From positions 32,001 to 96,000 of the forward strand of contig CAXXNF010000001.1 in NCBI GenBank assembly GCA_963666365.2: 64,000 bases of DNA. The letters run 5' to 3'. Origin of the DNA: Syntrophales bacterium. Lineage in GTDB: Bacteria; Desulfobacterota; Syntrophia; Syntrophales; UBA2210. The translations under genes were made by a program, and so were the position numbers. Shown here piece after piece: positions 9,846-17,792 of this stretch. Positions within the stretch are counted from its first letter, which is position 1. The number at the start of each line of letters is the position of its first letter. The notes beneath the pieces were generated by a model. That model was not told where the DNA came from. It saw nothing but the letters and a program-made list of their open reading frames with translations, and did not search any database.

Positions 9846-10367
9846 ATGGGGACAATAGAAAAAATCATATCCGGTGGACAAACCGGAGCGGATCGGGCGG
9901 CACTCGATTTTGCCATTGAGCATCACATCCCCTATGGCGGTTGGCTTCCCAGGGGCAGAAAGACGGAAGACGGCGCCCTTGACCTGAAATATCATTTAGA
10001 GGAGATGCCCACATCGAATTACTCAAAAAGAACAGAAAAGAACGTCCTCGAATCCGACGGCACGGTAATCGTATCCCACGGGTTTCTCACTGAAGGGTCG
10101 GCATTGACCGGGGAATTCGCCGCACGGCACAGAAAGCATTGGATTCATATCGACTTGAAAGAATTGACCATCAAGGAAGCGGCAGTGAAGCTTCACCTCT
10201 GGCTGACACGCTATGAAATTAAAGTCCTCAATGTGGCCGGTCCGAGGGCCCGCAAAGATCCTGCAATCTACGAGGCGACATTTCACCTGCTGGAAGAAAC
10301 GTTAACAGTTCTTCCCCCGGTTCCCTGGAAATTCCCCCAAGGGTGGGATTATGAGGGGACAAAATGA
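9846..10367 (+). CDS. Putative molybdenum carrier / SLOG-family protein
   Basis: KIISGGQTGADRAALD, RTEKNVLESDGT, LNVAGPR. Confidence 0.85.
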   Translation: MGTIEKIISGGQTGADRAALDFAIEHHIPYGGWLPRGRKTEDGALDLKYHLEEMPTSNYSKRTEKNVLESDGTVIVSHGFLTEGSALTGEFAARHRKHWIHIDLKELTIKEAAVKLHLWLTRYEIKVLNVAGPRARKDPAIYEATFHLLEETLTVLPPVPWKFPQGWDYEGTK

Positions 10368-10443
10368 ATTGCAATCATCTTGACATACAAAGCGATATTT
10401 CATTAGTATAGATTCCTATTTCATCCAAAGGGGGGGTCATCGG

Positions 10444-12144
10444 ATGCAGTGTCTTCGTATATTATTGGCATCTTTTATATTACTGGTTATTTGTGCAGGA
10501 CAGGCATTTGCTGAGACAATTAGACCCCTGGCGGAAGAACAACGTCAGGAGTATGTCGCGTTAAGTCCTTTTGAATTTAAGAATGTATTGATTGAGAAAG
10601 CATGTAAGGATGGAAGAGCAATTCTGAATGCAGGTCGCGGAAACCCAAACTTTCTGAACAGGCCTGCGCGTCTCGCCTTTAGCATGCTTCATCGTTTTGC
10701 CGTTGACTGTTCAATTGACAATGCTGCGCCAAAGGATCTTGGATTTTCACCAACAGCATCTGCAGGTATGGCGGACCGTTTCAAGGAATTTCTGATAAAA
10801 GAACAGGATAGGAAAACTGCTGAATTTTTGATCAATGCCATGGTCTATTGTAGGAATAAACTGGCTATTGCTCCTGATACATTTGTGGCCGATATGGTCG
10901 ACGCAATTCTCGGAGATCATTATCCAACACCATCGCGAATGCTGAATACGCCGGCAAACATCGTTGAAGCCTATTTAAAATCCATTCATTTCACGAAGGG
11001 GAAAATCCCTGCAGGTTCATTTGATTTGTTTGCAACGGAAGGTGCTACTGCGGCGATGATCTATGTGTTCACTACACTGAAAGAGAACTTTATTTTGAAG
11101 CCCGGTGATACTATCGCTATTATCACCCCCATTTTTTCTCCCTATCTTGAAATTCCCCTGCTGAATGATTTCGATCTCAAGCCTGTGTATGTAAGCGGTT
11201 CTGAAAATGCGGGCTGGCAGGTTTCAGACAAAGAACTGGATAAATTGAGACACAAGAAAATAAAGGCGCTGTTCATGGTAAATCCGATGAATCCGGGTGC
11301 GGTAAGTATGGATGAGAAAAGCGTCCAGAAAATCGCCACCCTCATCAAGCAAGAACGGTCCGACTTGATTGTGCTGACAGATACCGTCTATTGTCCTTTC
11401 GTCAATGAGTTTCACGATCTCCTTGAGGCGATTCCGCAGAATTGTATAGGCGTCTATTCGTATTCTAAATATTTCGGTGTCACTGGTTGGCGGTTAGGTG
11501 TGATTTTTGTGTATGAGGACAACATTATTGATCAGATGATCGCTGCCCTTCCCTCCCATCAGAAAAGTCTCTTAAACACACGTTATTCTATTGATTCAAC
11601 GGAACCTGTGAAAATCCGTTTCATTGATCGTCTCCTCATGGACAGTCGCGATGTGGCATTGGCACATACGGGTGGACTTTCCACACCACAGCAGTGCATC
11701 ATGTCGCTGTTTGCTTTGTATGATCTCCTGGACAGCGAGCATTCATATAAGAAAAGCATTCAATCGCTGTTGAGGAAAAGGATGGGAAATCTCTACTCAT
11801 CACTGAAAATGGATCCTCCCTCTGGGGCAGAGCATACGCACTATTACAATTTGGTAAATATCCGTACATTGGCGGAGCGCTTGCATGGGGCTGATTTTTC
11901 AAAATACCTGACAGACACTTATTCACCATTTGGTTTTCTGCTGGAGCTGGCGGATCGCTACCAAACGGTTCTATTGCCCGGCGTCGGTTTTGCGGGTCCC
12001 GAGTGGTCGGTACGCGTTTCTCTGGCGAACCTTCCCGATGATGATTATGTTGCAATCAGCAAAAGATTGGTTGCTCTTCTGGATGAATACTTTGCAGGTT
12101 GGCAGCAAAAGGCCTTTCCCAGGGAAAACTCGACCGAAAAGTGA
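10444..12144 (+). CDS. aspD: Bifunctional aspartate transaminase / aspartate 4-decarboxylase (PLP)
   Basis: LSPFEFKN, LNAGRGNPNF, DLFATEGATAAM, YSYSKYFGVTGWRLG, DSRDVALAHTGGLSTPQQ. Confidence 0.9.
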   Translation: MQCLRILLASFILLVICAGQAFAETIRPLAEEQRQEYVALSPFEFKNVLIEKACKDGRAILNAGRGNPNFLNRPARLAFSMLHRFAVDCSIDNAAPKDLGFSPTASAGMADRFKEFLIKEQDRKTAEFLINAMVYCRNKLAIAPDTFVADMVDAILGDHYPTPSRMLNTPANIVEAYLKSIHFTKGKIPAGSFDLFATEGATAAMIYVFTTLKENFILKPGDTIAIITPIFSPYLEIPLLNDFDLKPVYVSGSENAGWQVSDKELDKLRHKKIKALFMVNPMNPGAVSMDEKSVQKIATLIKQERSDLIVLTDTVYCPFVNEFHDLLEAIPQNCIGVYSYSKYFGVTGWRLGVIFVYEDNIIDQMIAALPSHQKSLLNTRYSIDSTEPVKIRFIDRLLMDSRDVALAHTGGLSTPQQCIMSLFALYDLLDSEHSYKKSIQSLLRKRMGNLYSSLKMDPPSGAEHTHYYNLVNIRTLAERLHGADFSKYLTDTYSPFGFLLELADRYQTVLLPGVGFAGPEWSVRVSLANLPDDDYVAISKRLVALLDEYFAGWQQKAFPRENSTEK

Positions 12145-12153
12145 GCCGGCTGC

Positions 12154-12786
12154 TCAAAAATGGCCGCCGCAAATCCTCATTTGTTCGAACGGTTCCAGGC
12201 CGAAAACGCAGGACGGGGATTTCTCGGTTTCGTCGGTCTCCTTCGACGTTCTCACCTCGACCCGTTCCGCCGGCAGACCTTCGGGACCCGTGATCAGCAT
12301 CTCAAAAGACTGCGCCCTCTCGTGTGCCAGGCGTTCCAGCGCGCCGTGCTTGATCTGTGCTTTCTGCACCAGCTCTTCGAAGATCCGTTGTGCGACCGCG
12401 GCGCGTTCTTTCTCCTTGTCTCTTACAGGCTCTTCCTCGTCCGCTTCTCCTTCATCATCGGCTGCGGACGGTTTCACCTCCTCCTGCAGGACCTTGAATG
12501 CTTCCCTGCCCTGGCGTTCAATGAACAGCTTCTGCAATTTTTCCGTTGTTGCAGAATCGCTGAAATCGAGCGGACCGGGTTCCACCGCTCTCTTTCCGGG
12601 TTCTTCCTTTCCCTCCTCCAGGTCCCGCCTGACCTGGAGATCGCGGATGGCCCGGCCGTCTGCTTCGGCGTGATACCGACCGCTTACAGTAAGTCTCAGT
12701 TGCTGCCGCTGAAGCAGCGTTTCCGCGAGTTTCGCGAGTTTTTCCCGCGCCGGAGGTGTTCGCGGTGATGTGAGTCCTGCCCTTGT
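12154..12786 (-). pseudogene. C-terminal fragment of a DUF748/OmpA-like protein
   Basis: Frame reads PAREKLAKLAETLLQRQQLRLTVSGRYHAEADGRAIR..LERLAHERA; bounded upstream by a TGA at 12787-12789 with no credible start. Confidence 0.6.
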
Positions 12787-12892
12787 TCAGGTTCAAGATT
12801 TCGAAATACCAGGGATGTGTCCGGTCGGCATTGGCATTATACTGCAAAGTAACACAGTTGTTTGAGCAGCGTACCGGGAATAAAATAACAAC

Positions 12893-12977
12893 ATTTCTCG
12901 CAGAGGCGCAGGGGCGCTGAGGACAAACCAATAAAAATAGTTTTTCTCTGCGAACTCGGCGTCTTGCGGGATAAAAT
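12893..12977. repeat. Imperfect palindromic REP-like element
   Basis: TCTCGCAGAGGCGCAGGGGCGCTGAG ... CTCTGCGAACTCGGCGTCTTGCGGGA inverted arms. Confidence 0.5.
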
Positions 12978-13065
12978 GAATACGTTGCTTAGAAGCTCCG
13001 CTATGCCGAACTATCGGCATTACAATAGGAAGTAACCTGTGATCGATGAAATCCGCCTTCCTCTG

Positions 13066-13103
13066 GACATTTCGTTCAACGGTGTTTCACATTTCATCGA
13101 ATG
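13066..13103 (+). promoter_or_regulatory. Putative enhancer (bEBP upstream activating sequence), copy 1
   Basis: CGTTCAA-N17-TCGAATG, conserved with 17203-17244 (-) although flanking DNA has diverged. Confidence 0.55.
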
Positions 13104-13207
13104 GGGGTGTGCAACGCTCCCGAGTTTGCGTCCGTCCCCGTTCCGGTTTAATCAAATATCATCAATAATAACGAGCATATAAAAAATATTATGAACGGAT
13201 GCCCGCT

Positions 13208-13224
13208 TTGGCACGGTTCTTCCT
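13208..13224 (+). promoter_or_regulatory. Sigma-54-like promoter (-24 GG, variant -12 CC)
   Basis: TTGGCACGGTTCTTCC; conserved in the second copy. Confidence 0.6.
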
Positions 13225-13272
13225 ACATCATAAGGCAAAGACAAACGAACACACCAAAAGGAGGAAAAGGAT

Positions 13273-13548
13273 ATGAAACGGACACTTCAGACACTGATCA
13301 TGGCGGTCTTCGTGGTTCTGATTACGGCATCCTTCAGCTTTGCCGAGTATGTGGCATCGACGGCGGGGAATTTCCCCTACTTCCAGCTGGGCTGCCTGGT
13401 GGTGGGCGGTCTGATCATCACCTCTCTGAAGCACAAATACTCCAAGATCTACATGAGCGAAGCCGTCGGTTCCTTCGCGCTCTACGCGGTGCTGGTGGCG
13501 CTCTTCACGGCCCCGGTGGTGGATGCGCTGAAGGCCCTGGTCAGCTAG
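13273..13548 (+). CDS. 91-aa membrane protein (signal-peptide-like N-terminus + two hydrophobic helices), copy 1
   Basis: RBS AAGGAGG; 87/91 aa identical to 16761-17036. Confidence 0.85.
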   Translation: MKRTLQTLIMAVFVVLITASFSFAEYVASTAGNFPYFQLGCLVVGGLIITSLKHKYSKIYMSEAVGSFALYAVLVALFTAPVVDALKALVS

Positions 13549-13612
13549 GAAAAGAAGATACGGATTCACCCTGCCCCAAGGGCGGGCATCCTCGGAAAGG
13601 AGGACAACGACA

Positions 13613-13867
13613 ATGACAGTACTACGACATCATCTGCATCATAGGCATCATATGGAGGACAGAGCGAACTACACGTCGGTCTTCATGATAAGCGTGTGGG
13701 GATTTGTGATCGCCATTTCGTCCTTCCTCTTTCTCTATGCGGGGTACTGGCTTGACCAGCAGTTCGGTTCCGCGCCGACCTTCATGCTGGGACTCTTCTT
13801 TCTCGGGGTATTCCTCTGCGTGGGTCGCCTCTACTGGGAAGTCTGGGTGAGACGGGGAAAGGACTAG
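13613..13867 (+). CDS. AtpZ/AtpI family (ATPase gene 1) membrane protein, copy 1, His-rich N-terminus
   Basis: RBS AAGGAGG; GYWLDQQFGSAPTFMLGLFFLG motif between two TM helices. Confidence 0.8.
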   Translation: MTVLRHHLHHRHHMEDRANYTSVFMISVWGFVIAISSFLFLYAGYWLDQQFGSAPTFMLGLFFLGVFLCVGRLYWEVWVRRGKD

Positions 13868-13917
13868 ACCCTGCCGGCGGCGCCGGTTGCCTCGTCGATA
13901 AAACCCGGGTATATATA

Positions 13918-13953
13918 ATCCCCCCTTTTGATGGAAAAAGGGGGGATTTTTTT
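13918..13953 (+). terminator. Rho-independent terminator
   Basis: ATCCCCCCTTTT..AAAAGGGGGGAT stem followed by T tract. Confidence 0.85.
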
Positions 13954-13959
13954 GTGTCT

Positions 13960-14160
13960 TGGGAGGTGATGTGTTACTGACAATGCCATATCGTATGCGA
14001 TAACTTATTATATTTACTCACTGCTTCCTCCTTTTCCTTTTATTGCAGCTCACAACTCTGAGCAAGGATAGCAGTGTGGGCCGCCTATTTGGCCATACCC
14101 ATTCGGGACTGGCACAGCCAATCCCACATGACCACACCCACAGGGTGTGGGTTTCCAGAA
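13960..14160 (-). mobile_element. IS200/IS605 family relic (end hairpin + truncated tnpA 5' end)
   Basis: GTG at 14021 after AAGGAGG reads MSKYNKLSHTIWHCQ*HI, resembling the TnpA N-terminus; hairpin CCACACCCACAGGGTGTGG at 14132-14150. Confidence 0.75.
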
Positions 14161-14670
14161 TCAACTAAAATATCGTTGTATAAGAAGAATGTTCCCATGG
14201 CGCAATTTTATAATCTCCTCCAATCAGTCCTGATTCTTTGCCTCTTGATACTGTGTACGAATTGGCTAAAACAACGCTGCATTGTCTCGCAGGTACATGC
14301 GTTTGCAGGAAATGCCGATGCGATGATGGATGGAATGATTATCGGCGAGTTCGGTGCATGTGCATCCCCGCATTTACGAACGGCTCTTCCTTTGCGTTTT
14401 TGCAATGATAAATCAATAAGGACACTTGAAATGGACCTTTTCATGCCCATTCGCGGAAGCCGCAGAGGCAGCAGAGGCGCACTTTTCCTCGTGTTCGATA
14501 ATGCCGCCGCGCGGATTTGGGCAACAGCTCGTTGACGCCCGACTCCATTTCTATCTATTCTGGAGCCGGCGAAGCATTAATGCTACCCAAAAGAGTTCAT
14601 ATTCAAAGAATGATGTTATGAATGCTATGACCATCTCTGCCTTTTTTCTCTTGTTAATACTGTATTCATT

Positions 14671-14800
14671 GCATACCGAAAAAGTCAGCGACGTGGCCTG
14701 TCTGGGAGGTAGGGAGATACCAATCACGCTGGGCGATGCAGCGGGCCGAAAACAGCCGGATACACCGCAACGTTCTCTGCACTGCACTGGCTTGTTATGC
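14671..14800 (-). other. Integron attC site (130 bp)
   Basis: R'' GCATAAC overlapping the stop codon; L'' AGTGCAG vs L' CTGACT with one extra G; 5-nt spacers; R' GGTATGC (one mismatch to GTTATGC). Confidence 0.75.
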
Positions 14801-15160
14801 ATTTTTTAAGAATTCAATGGCTGAGTCTTGTTCTTCGGTTGAGAAACACTTCATTTCAATATTCTTGAATATCCTGCCCTCAATATTTACAATCATTTCT
14901 ATCCACTTTTTGTCAGTTATTACTGCTGCTTTCTTTATATTTGATATTCCAACCTTAAATATATATTCGAACTCATCTACTATTGCCGATAGTTCGATAC
15001 CCTCAAATGAATCGATTCTCTCAAAAAGAACAATGTTGCCATATTGCTCAATTTTTTTCTTTGCATCAGAAAGAACCAAAGACATCTCTCTTTCTGTAAT
15101 TTTTCCTGACATACAGAAAGCAACAGCATTATCAATTCCAATTTCCATCGTTTTTAACAT
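14795..15160 (-). CDS. STAS/SEC14 (SpoIIAA-like) domain protein, integron gene cassette
   Basis: AVAFCMSGKIT..KAAVITDKKW..AIEFL; AT-rich; bounded by GTTATGC and an attC site. Confidence 0.8.
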   Translation of the reverse strand: MLKTMEIGIDNAVAFCMSGKITEREMSLVLSDAKKKIEQYGNIVLFERIDSFEGIELSAIVDEFEYIFKVGISNIKKAAVITDKKWIEMIVNIEGRIFKNIEMKCFSTEEQDSAIEFLKNA

Positions 15161-15187
15161 AATTATCTCCTTTCCATCAGTCTGGAT

Positions 15188-15230
15188 GCATAACAATCAA
15201 GCTCACCGACGGCAATGGAGCGCAGCGGCA
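15188..15230 (-). other. Right half of a second attC site
   Basis: CCGCTGCGCTCC..CGGTGAGCTTGATTGTTATGC (apical segment, L', R'); left half missing. Confidence 0.65.
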
Positions 15231-15293
15231 GATATAATATTTTCTTCAACCATTATTGTTTGATCAAATAAGTCATGATATCTTCATACCGGC

Positions 15294-15659
15294 TTGCAGG
15301 TCGGTATCTTCTGCCCTACAAGGTTAAAAGAAAAAGTGAGAAAGATCATTTATGCCCTTCCCACGTTACAGAGTCATACCTTTTATTCCCTGGGACTTTG
15401 TCTCAGGGAAGCAACGACACTGCAAGTTGGAAACATTCTTTCCGATCGGGGTCTGGTTCACATCCATGCGGGGAAAGGGTCGCTGGATCGGACAGTCCCC
15501 TTACCCAAAATCACCCTTTTAGTTTTACGTGAGTACCATAAAAGTAACCGCAATCCAGAATGGATCTTTACTGCTTGGGTCACAACGGAGGCAAAAATGC
15601 ACAATTTGCAAAAGCACATGTCAGCGACAGCGTCGGAATATCCAGCCAAGGGGAGGTAA
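15294..15659 (+). pseudogene. Tyrosine recombinase/integrase fragment
   Basis: YSLGLCLREATTLQVG (catalytic R replaced by C), HAGKGSLDRTVPLP, RNPEWIF; lacks the C-terminal HxxR/Y motifs. Confidence 0.75.
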
Positions 15660-15660
15660 T

Positions 15661-15736
15661 GGGTTCAGGCCGTTGACTATTGACTGGATGTGGAGACGAT
15701 TCGTTAATCTCAGTCAATAGTCAAGGTCCGATCACC
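15661..15736. repeat. Inverted repeat / REP-like element
   Basis: Perfect 14-bp arms TTGACTATTGACTG (15673) and CAGTCAATAGTCAA (15711). Confidence 0.8.
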
Positions 15737-15757
15737 AATAGACCCCCTAAATATATA

Positions 15758-15800
15758 TTGACCACATGTATGGCATGTATTAGTATGTAACACATGTAAA
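15758..15800 (+). promoter_or_regulatory. Sigma-70 promoter with probable TA operator
   Basis: TTGACC-N17-TAGTAT; CATGTA at three positions overlapping the promoter. Confidence 0.6.
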
Positions 15801-15820
15801 ATAAATTTCGAGGTTACACG

Positions 15821-16039
15821 ATGTCTAAAATATTAAATATCCGACTTACCGATGAAATATCGGCACGTCTCGACTATCTGGCCGAAAAAACAAAACGTCC
15901 TAAAAGCTTCTACATAAAAGAAATGCTCGAGCAGCATCTTTCTGAGTACGAGGACGCCTACCTTGCCCTTGATCGCCTGAATGACAGAAACGCCAGGTAT
16001 TTATCGACAGAAGACGTGGAGAAGATCCTTGATCTATAG
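15821..16039 (+). CDS. RHH-type antitoxin (RelB-like)
   Basis: LNIRLTDEISARLDYLAEKTKRPKSFYIKE RHH motif; acidic C-terminus; overlaps the toxin gene. Confidence 0.85.
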   Translation: MSKILNIRLTDEISARLDYLAEKTKRPKSFYIKEMLEQHLSEYEDAYLALDRLNDRNARYLSTEDVEKILDL

Positions 16040-16304
16040 TATCAAATGGCATGAAAAGGCAATTAAGGATCTTCAAAAGATTGACAGCCAAAAGCAAAAA
16101 AAGGTCGTGGACAGGATAAAAAACTATCTTTCAAAAGATCCTCTTGGTTTAGGAAAGCCACTCAAGGGAATCTTCAAGGGCCTGTATCGTTACCGTTATG
16201 GATCGTACCGGATAGTATACGCCATCGACAGAAATGCTTTGATTATATTGATATTAAGAATAGCGGACAGGAAAGGTGTGTACAAAGATCCCACCCTTAA
16301 ATAA
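16029..16304 (+). CDS. relE: RelE/ParE family toxin
   Basis: TTG start; GKPLKGIFKGLYRYRYGSYRIVY..RKGVY. Confidence 0.9.
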   Translation: MIYSIKWHEKAIKDLQKIDSQKQKKVVDRIKNYLSKDPLGLGKPLKGIFKGLYRYRYGSYRIVYAIDRNALIILILRIADRKGVYKDPTLK

Positions 16305-16371
16305 AACGCTGCCGGACCTTCGTCTTTTATGGGAGAAATTAGTATTGATGTCCCCTTAATTTCCATGAAGC

Positions 16372-16406
16372 AAAAAATCCCTCCTTTTGAATAAAGAAGG
16401 GATTTC
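16372..16406 (-). terminator. Rho-independent terminator
   Basis: AAATCCCTTCTTT..AAAGGAGGGATTTTTT on the minus strand, downstream of 16451. Confidence 0.8.
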
Positions 16407-16450
16407 ACGTTACGCTTTCGTTTGTGAGACAACCGGCGCTTCGGCAGGGA

Positions 16451-16696
16451 TTATCCCTTCCCCCGTCTCACCCAGACTTCCCAGTATAGACGACCCACAC
16501 AGAGGAACACCCCGAGAAAGAAGAGACCCAGCATGAAGCTCGGCGCCGAACCGAACTGCTGATCAAGCCAGTATCCCGCATAGAGAAACAGGAAGGATGA
16601 AATCACGATCACGAATCCCCACACGCTTATCATAAATACCGACGTGTAGTTCGATCTGTCCTCTATCCGGTGCATATGTTCTCTCAATATTGTCAT
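16451..16696 (-). CDS. AtpZ/AtpI family membrane protein, copy 2
   Basis: Near-identical to 13613-13867. Confidence 0.8.
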   Translation of the reverse strand: MTILREHMHRIEDRSNYTSVFMISVWGFVIVISSFLFLYAGYWLDQQFGSAPSFMLGLFFLGVFLCVGRLYWEVWVRRGKG

Positions 16697-16760
16697 TGCC
16701 TTTTTCCTCCTTTCCGAGGATGCCTGCCTTGATGGCAGGTGAAGTGCGCTTTTTCTATAT

Positions 16761-17036
16761 CTAACTGACCAATGCTTTTAATCCGTCGATAACCGGGGTC
16801 GTGAACAGGGCAACCAGCACTGCATACAGTGCAAAGGAACCGACGGCTTCGCTCATGTAAATCTTGGAATATTTGTGTTTGAGTGACGTGATGATCAGAC
16901 CGCCCACCACCAGGCAGCCCAACTGAAAATAGGGGAAGTTGCCTGCAGTGCTCGCCACATACTCGGCAAAGCTGAAGGATGCCGTAATCAATACCACAAA
17001 TGCTGCCATGATCAGTGTCTGAAGTGTTCGTTTCAT
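16761..17036 (-). CDS. 91-aa membrane protein, copy 2
   Basis: RBS AAGGAGG; four aa differences from copy 1. Confidence 0.85.
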   Translation of the reverse strand: MKRTLQTLIMAAFVVLITASFSFAEYVASTAGNFPYFQLGCLVVGGLIITSLKHKYSKIYMSEAVGSFALYAVLVALFTTPVIDGLKALVS

Positions 17037-17083
17037 TTTTTGTTCCTCCTTTTGGGTTTGTTCTTGTCTTTGTCTTTTGATAA

Positions 17084-17100
17084 TGGAAAAACCGTGCCAA
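17084..17100 (-). promoter_or_regulatory. Sigma-54-like promoter, copy 2
   Basis: TTGGCACGGTTTTTCC. Confidence 0.6.
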
Positions 17101-17202
17101 AGGCGGGACAAAGAAAAATATATTTAATATATAGCTAATATTATAAGCATTATTTTACACAGAACAGCCGGAGGGAAGGTTTGAAATAGGGCGCTCTTCG
17201 TC

Positions 17203-17244
17203 CATGCATTCGATGAAACGTTGAGTGCCATTGAACGGAATATC
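17203..17244 (-). promoter_or_regulatory. Putative enhancer, copy 2
   Basis: CGTTCAA-N17-TCGAATG, 139 bp upstream of the -24 GG. Confidence 0.55.
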
Positions 17245-17446
17245 GATTGGAGACTGGGTTAGTTGTCGACTGTCTCTTTGCAGCCTCGCTTCGCTTCCGG
17301 TTGGCCTCTTTCTGGATGCGCCGGTTTTTATGGTGCAAGAAAGTAAATAAGCCCAATTTTTCATTCACGCGGGTTACACAGCGGTTACACAAACTCAATA
17401 CCAAAAAAGGCCTTACATCAAAAAACGACGTAACCCCTTGATTTTA

Positions 17447-17523
17447 TGGTACGCCCAGAAGGATTCGAACCTTCGACCTTCGGATTCGTAGTCCGACGCT
17501 CTATCCAGCTGAGCCATGGGCGC
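17447..17523 (-). tRNA. tRNA-Arg(ACG)
   Basis: GCGCCCA acceptor stem, anticodon loop CTACGAA, GGTTCGAATCC, CCA end. Confidence 0.97.
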
Positions 17524-17541
17524 ACGCTTTTTTTATTAATA

Positions 17542-17635
<94 letters not shown>

Positions 17636-17661
17636 GCTGGGTTTCCCGAACATATATATAC

Positions 17662-17747
17662 TGGCGGAGGGAGCAGGATTCGAACCCGCGAACCTTTCGG
17701 TTAACGGTTTTCAAGACCGCCGCCTTCGACCTCTCGGCCATCCCTCC
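17662..17747 (-). tRNA. tRNA-Ser(TGA)
   Basis: GGAGGGA stem, CTTGAAA loop, variable arm, GCCA end. Confidence 0.97.
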
Positions 17748-17792
17748 GACTCTTTCTGTGAACCAACTGCCTTTTGCAAAAGAAGTTGAAGT

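Noticed and set aside
14074..14802. ORFs 14074-14535, 14208-14450, 14426-14809 and 14551-14802
   Set aside because: No recognisable products; most overlap the IS end or attC, and the region appears decayed.
13200..17110. Composite transposon with long inverted repeats
   Set aside because: The repeats encode membrane proteins, show synonymous divergence and contain no transposase.
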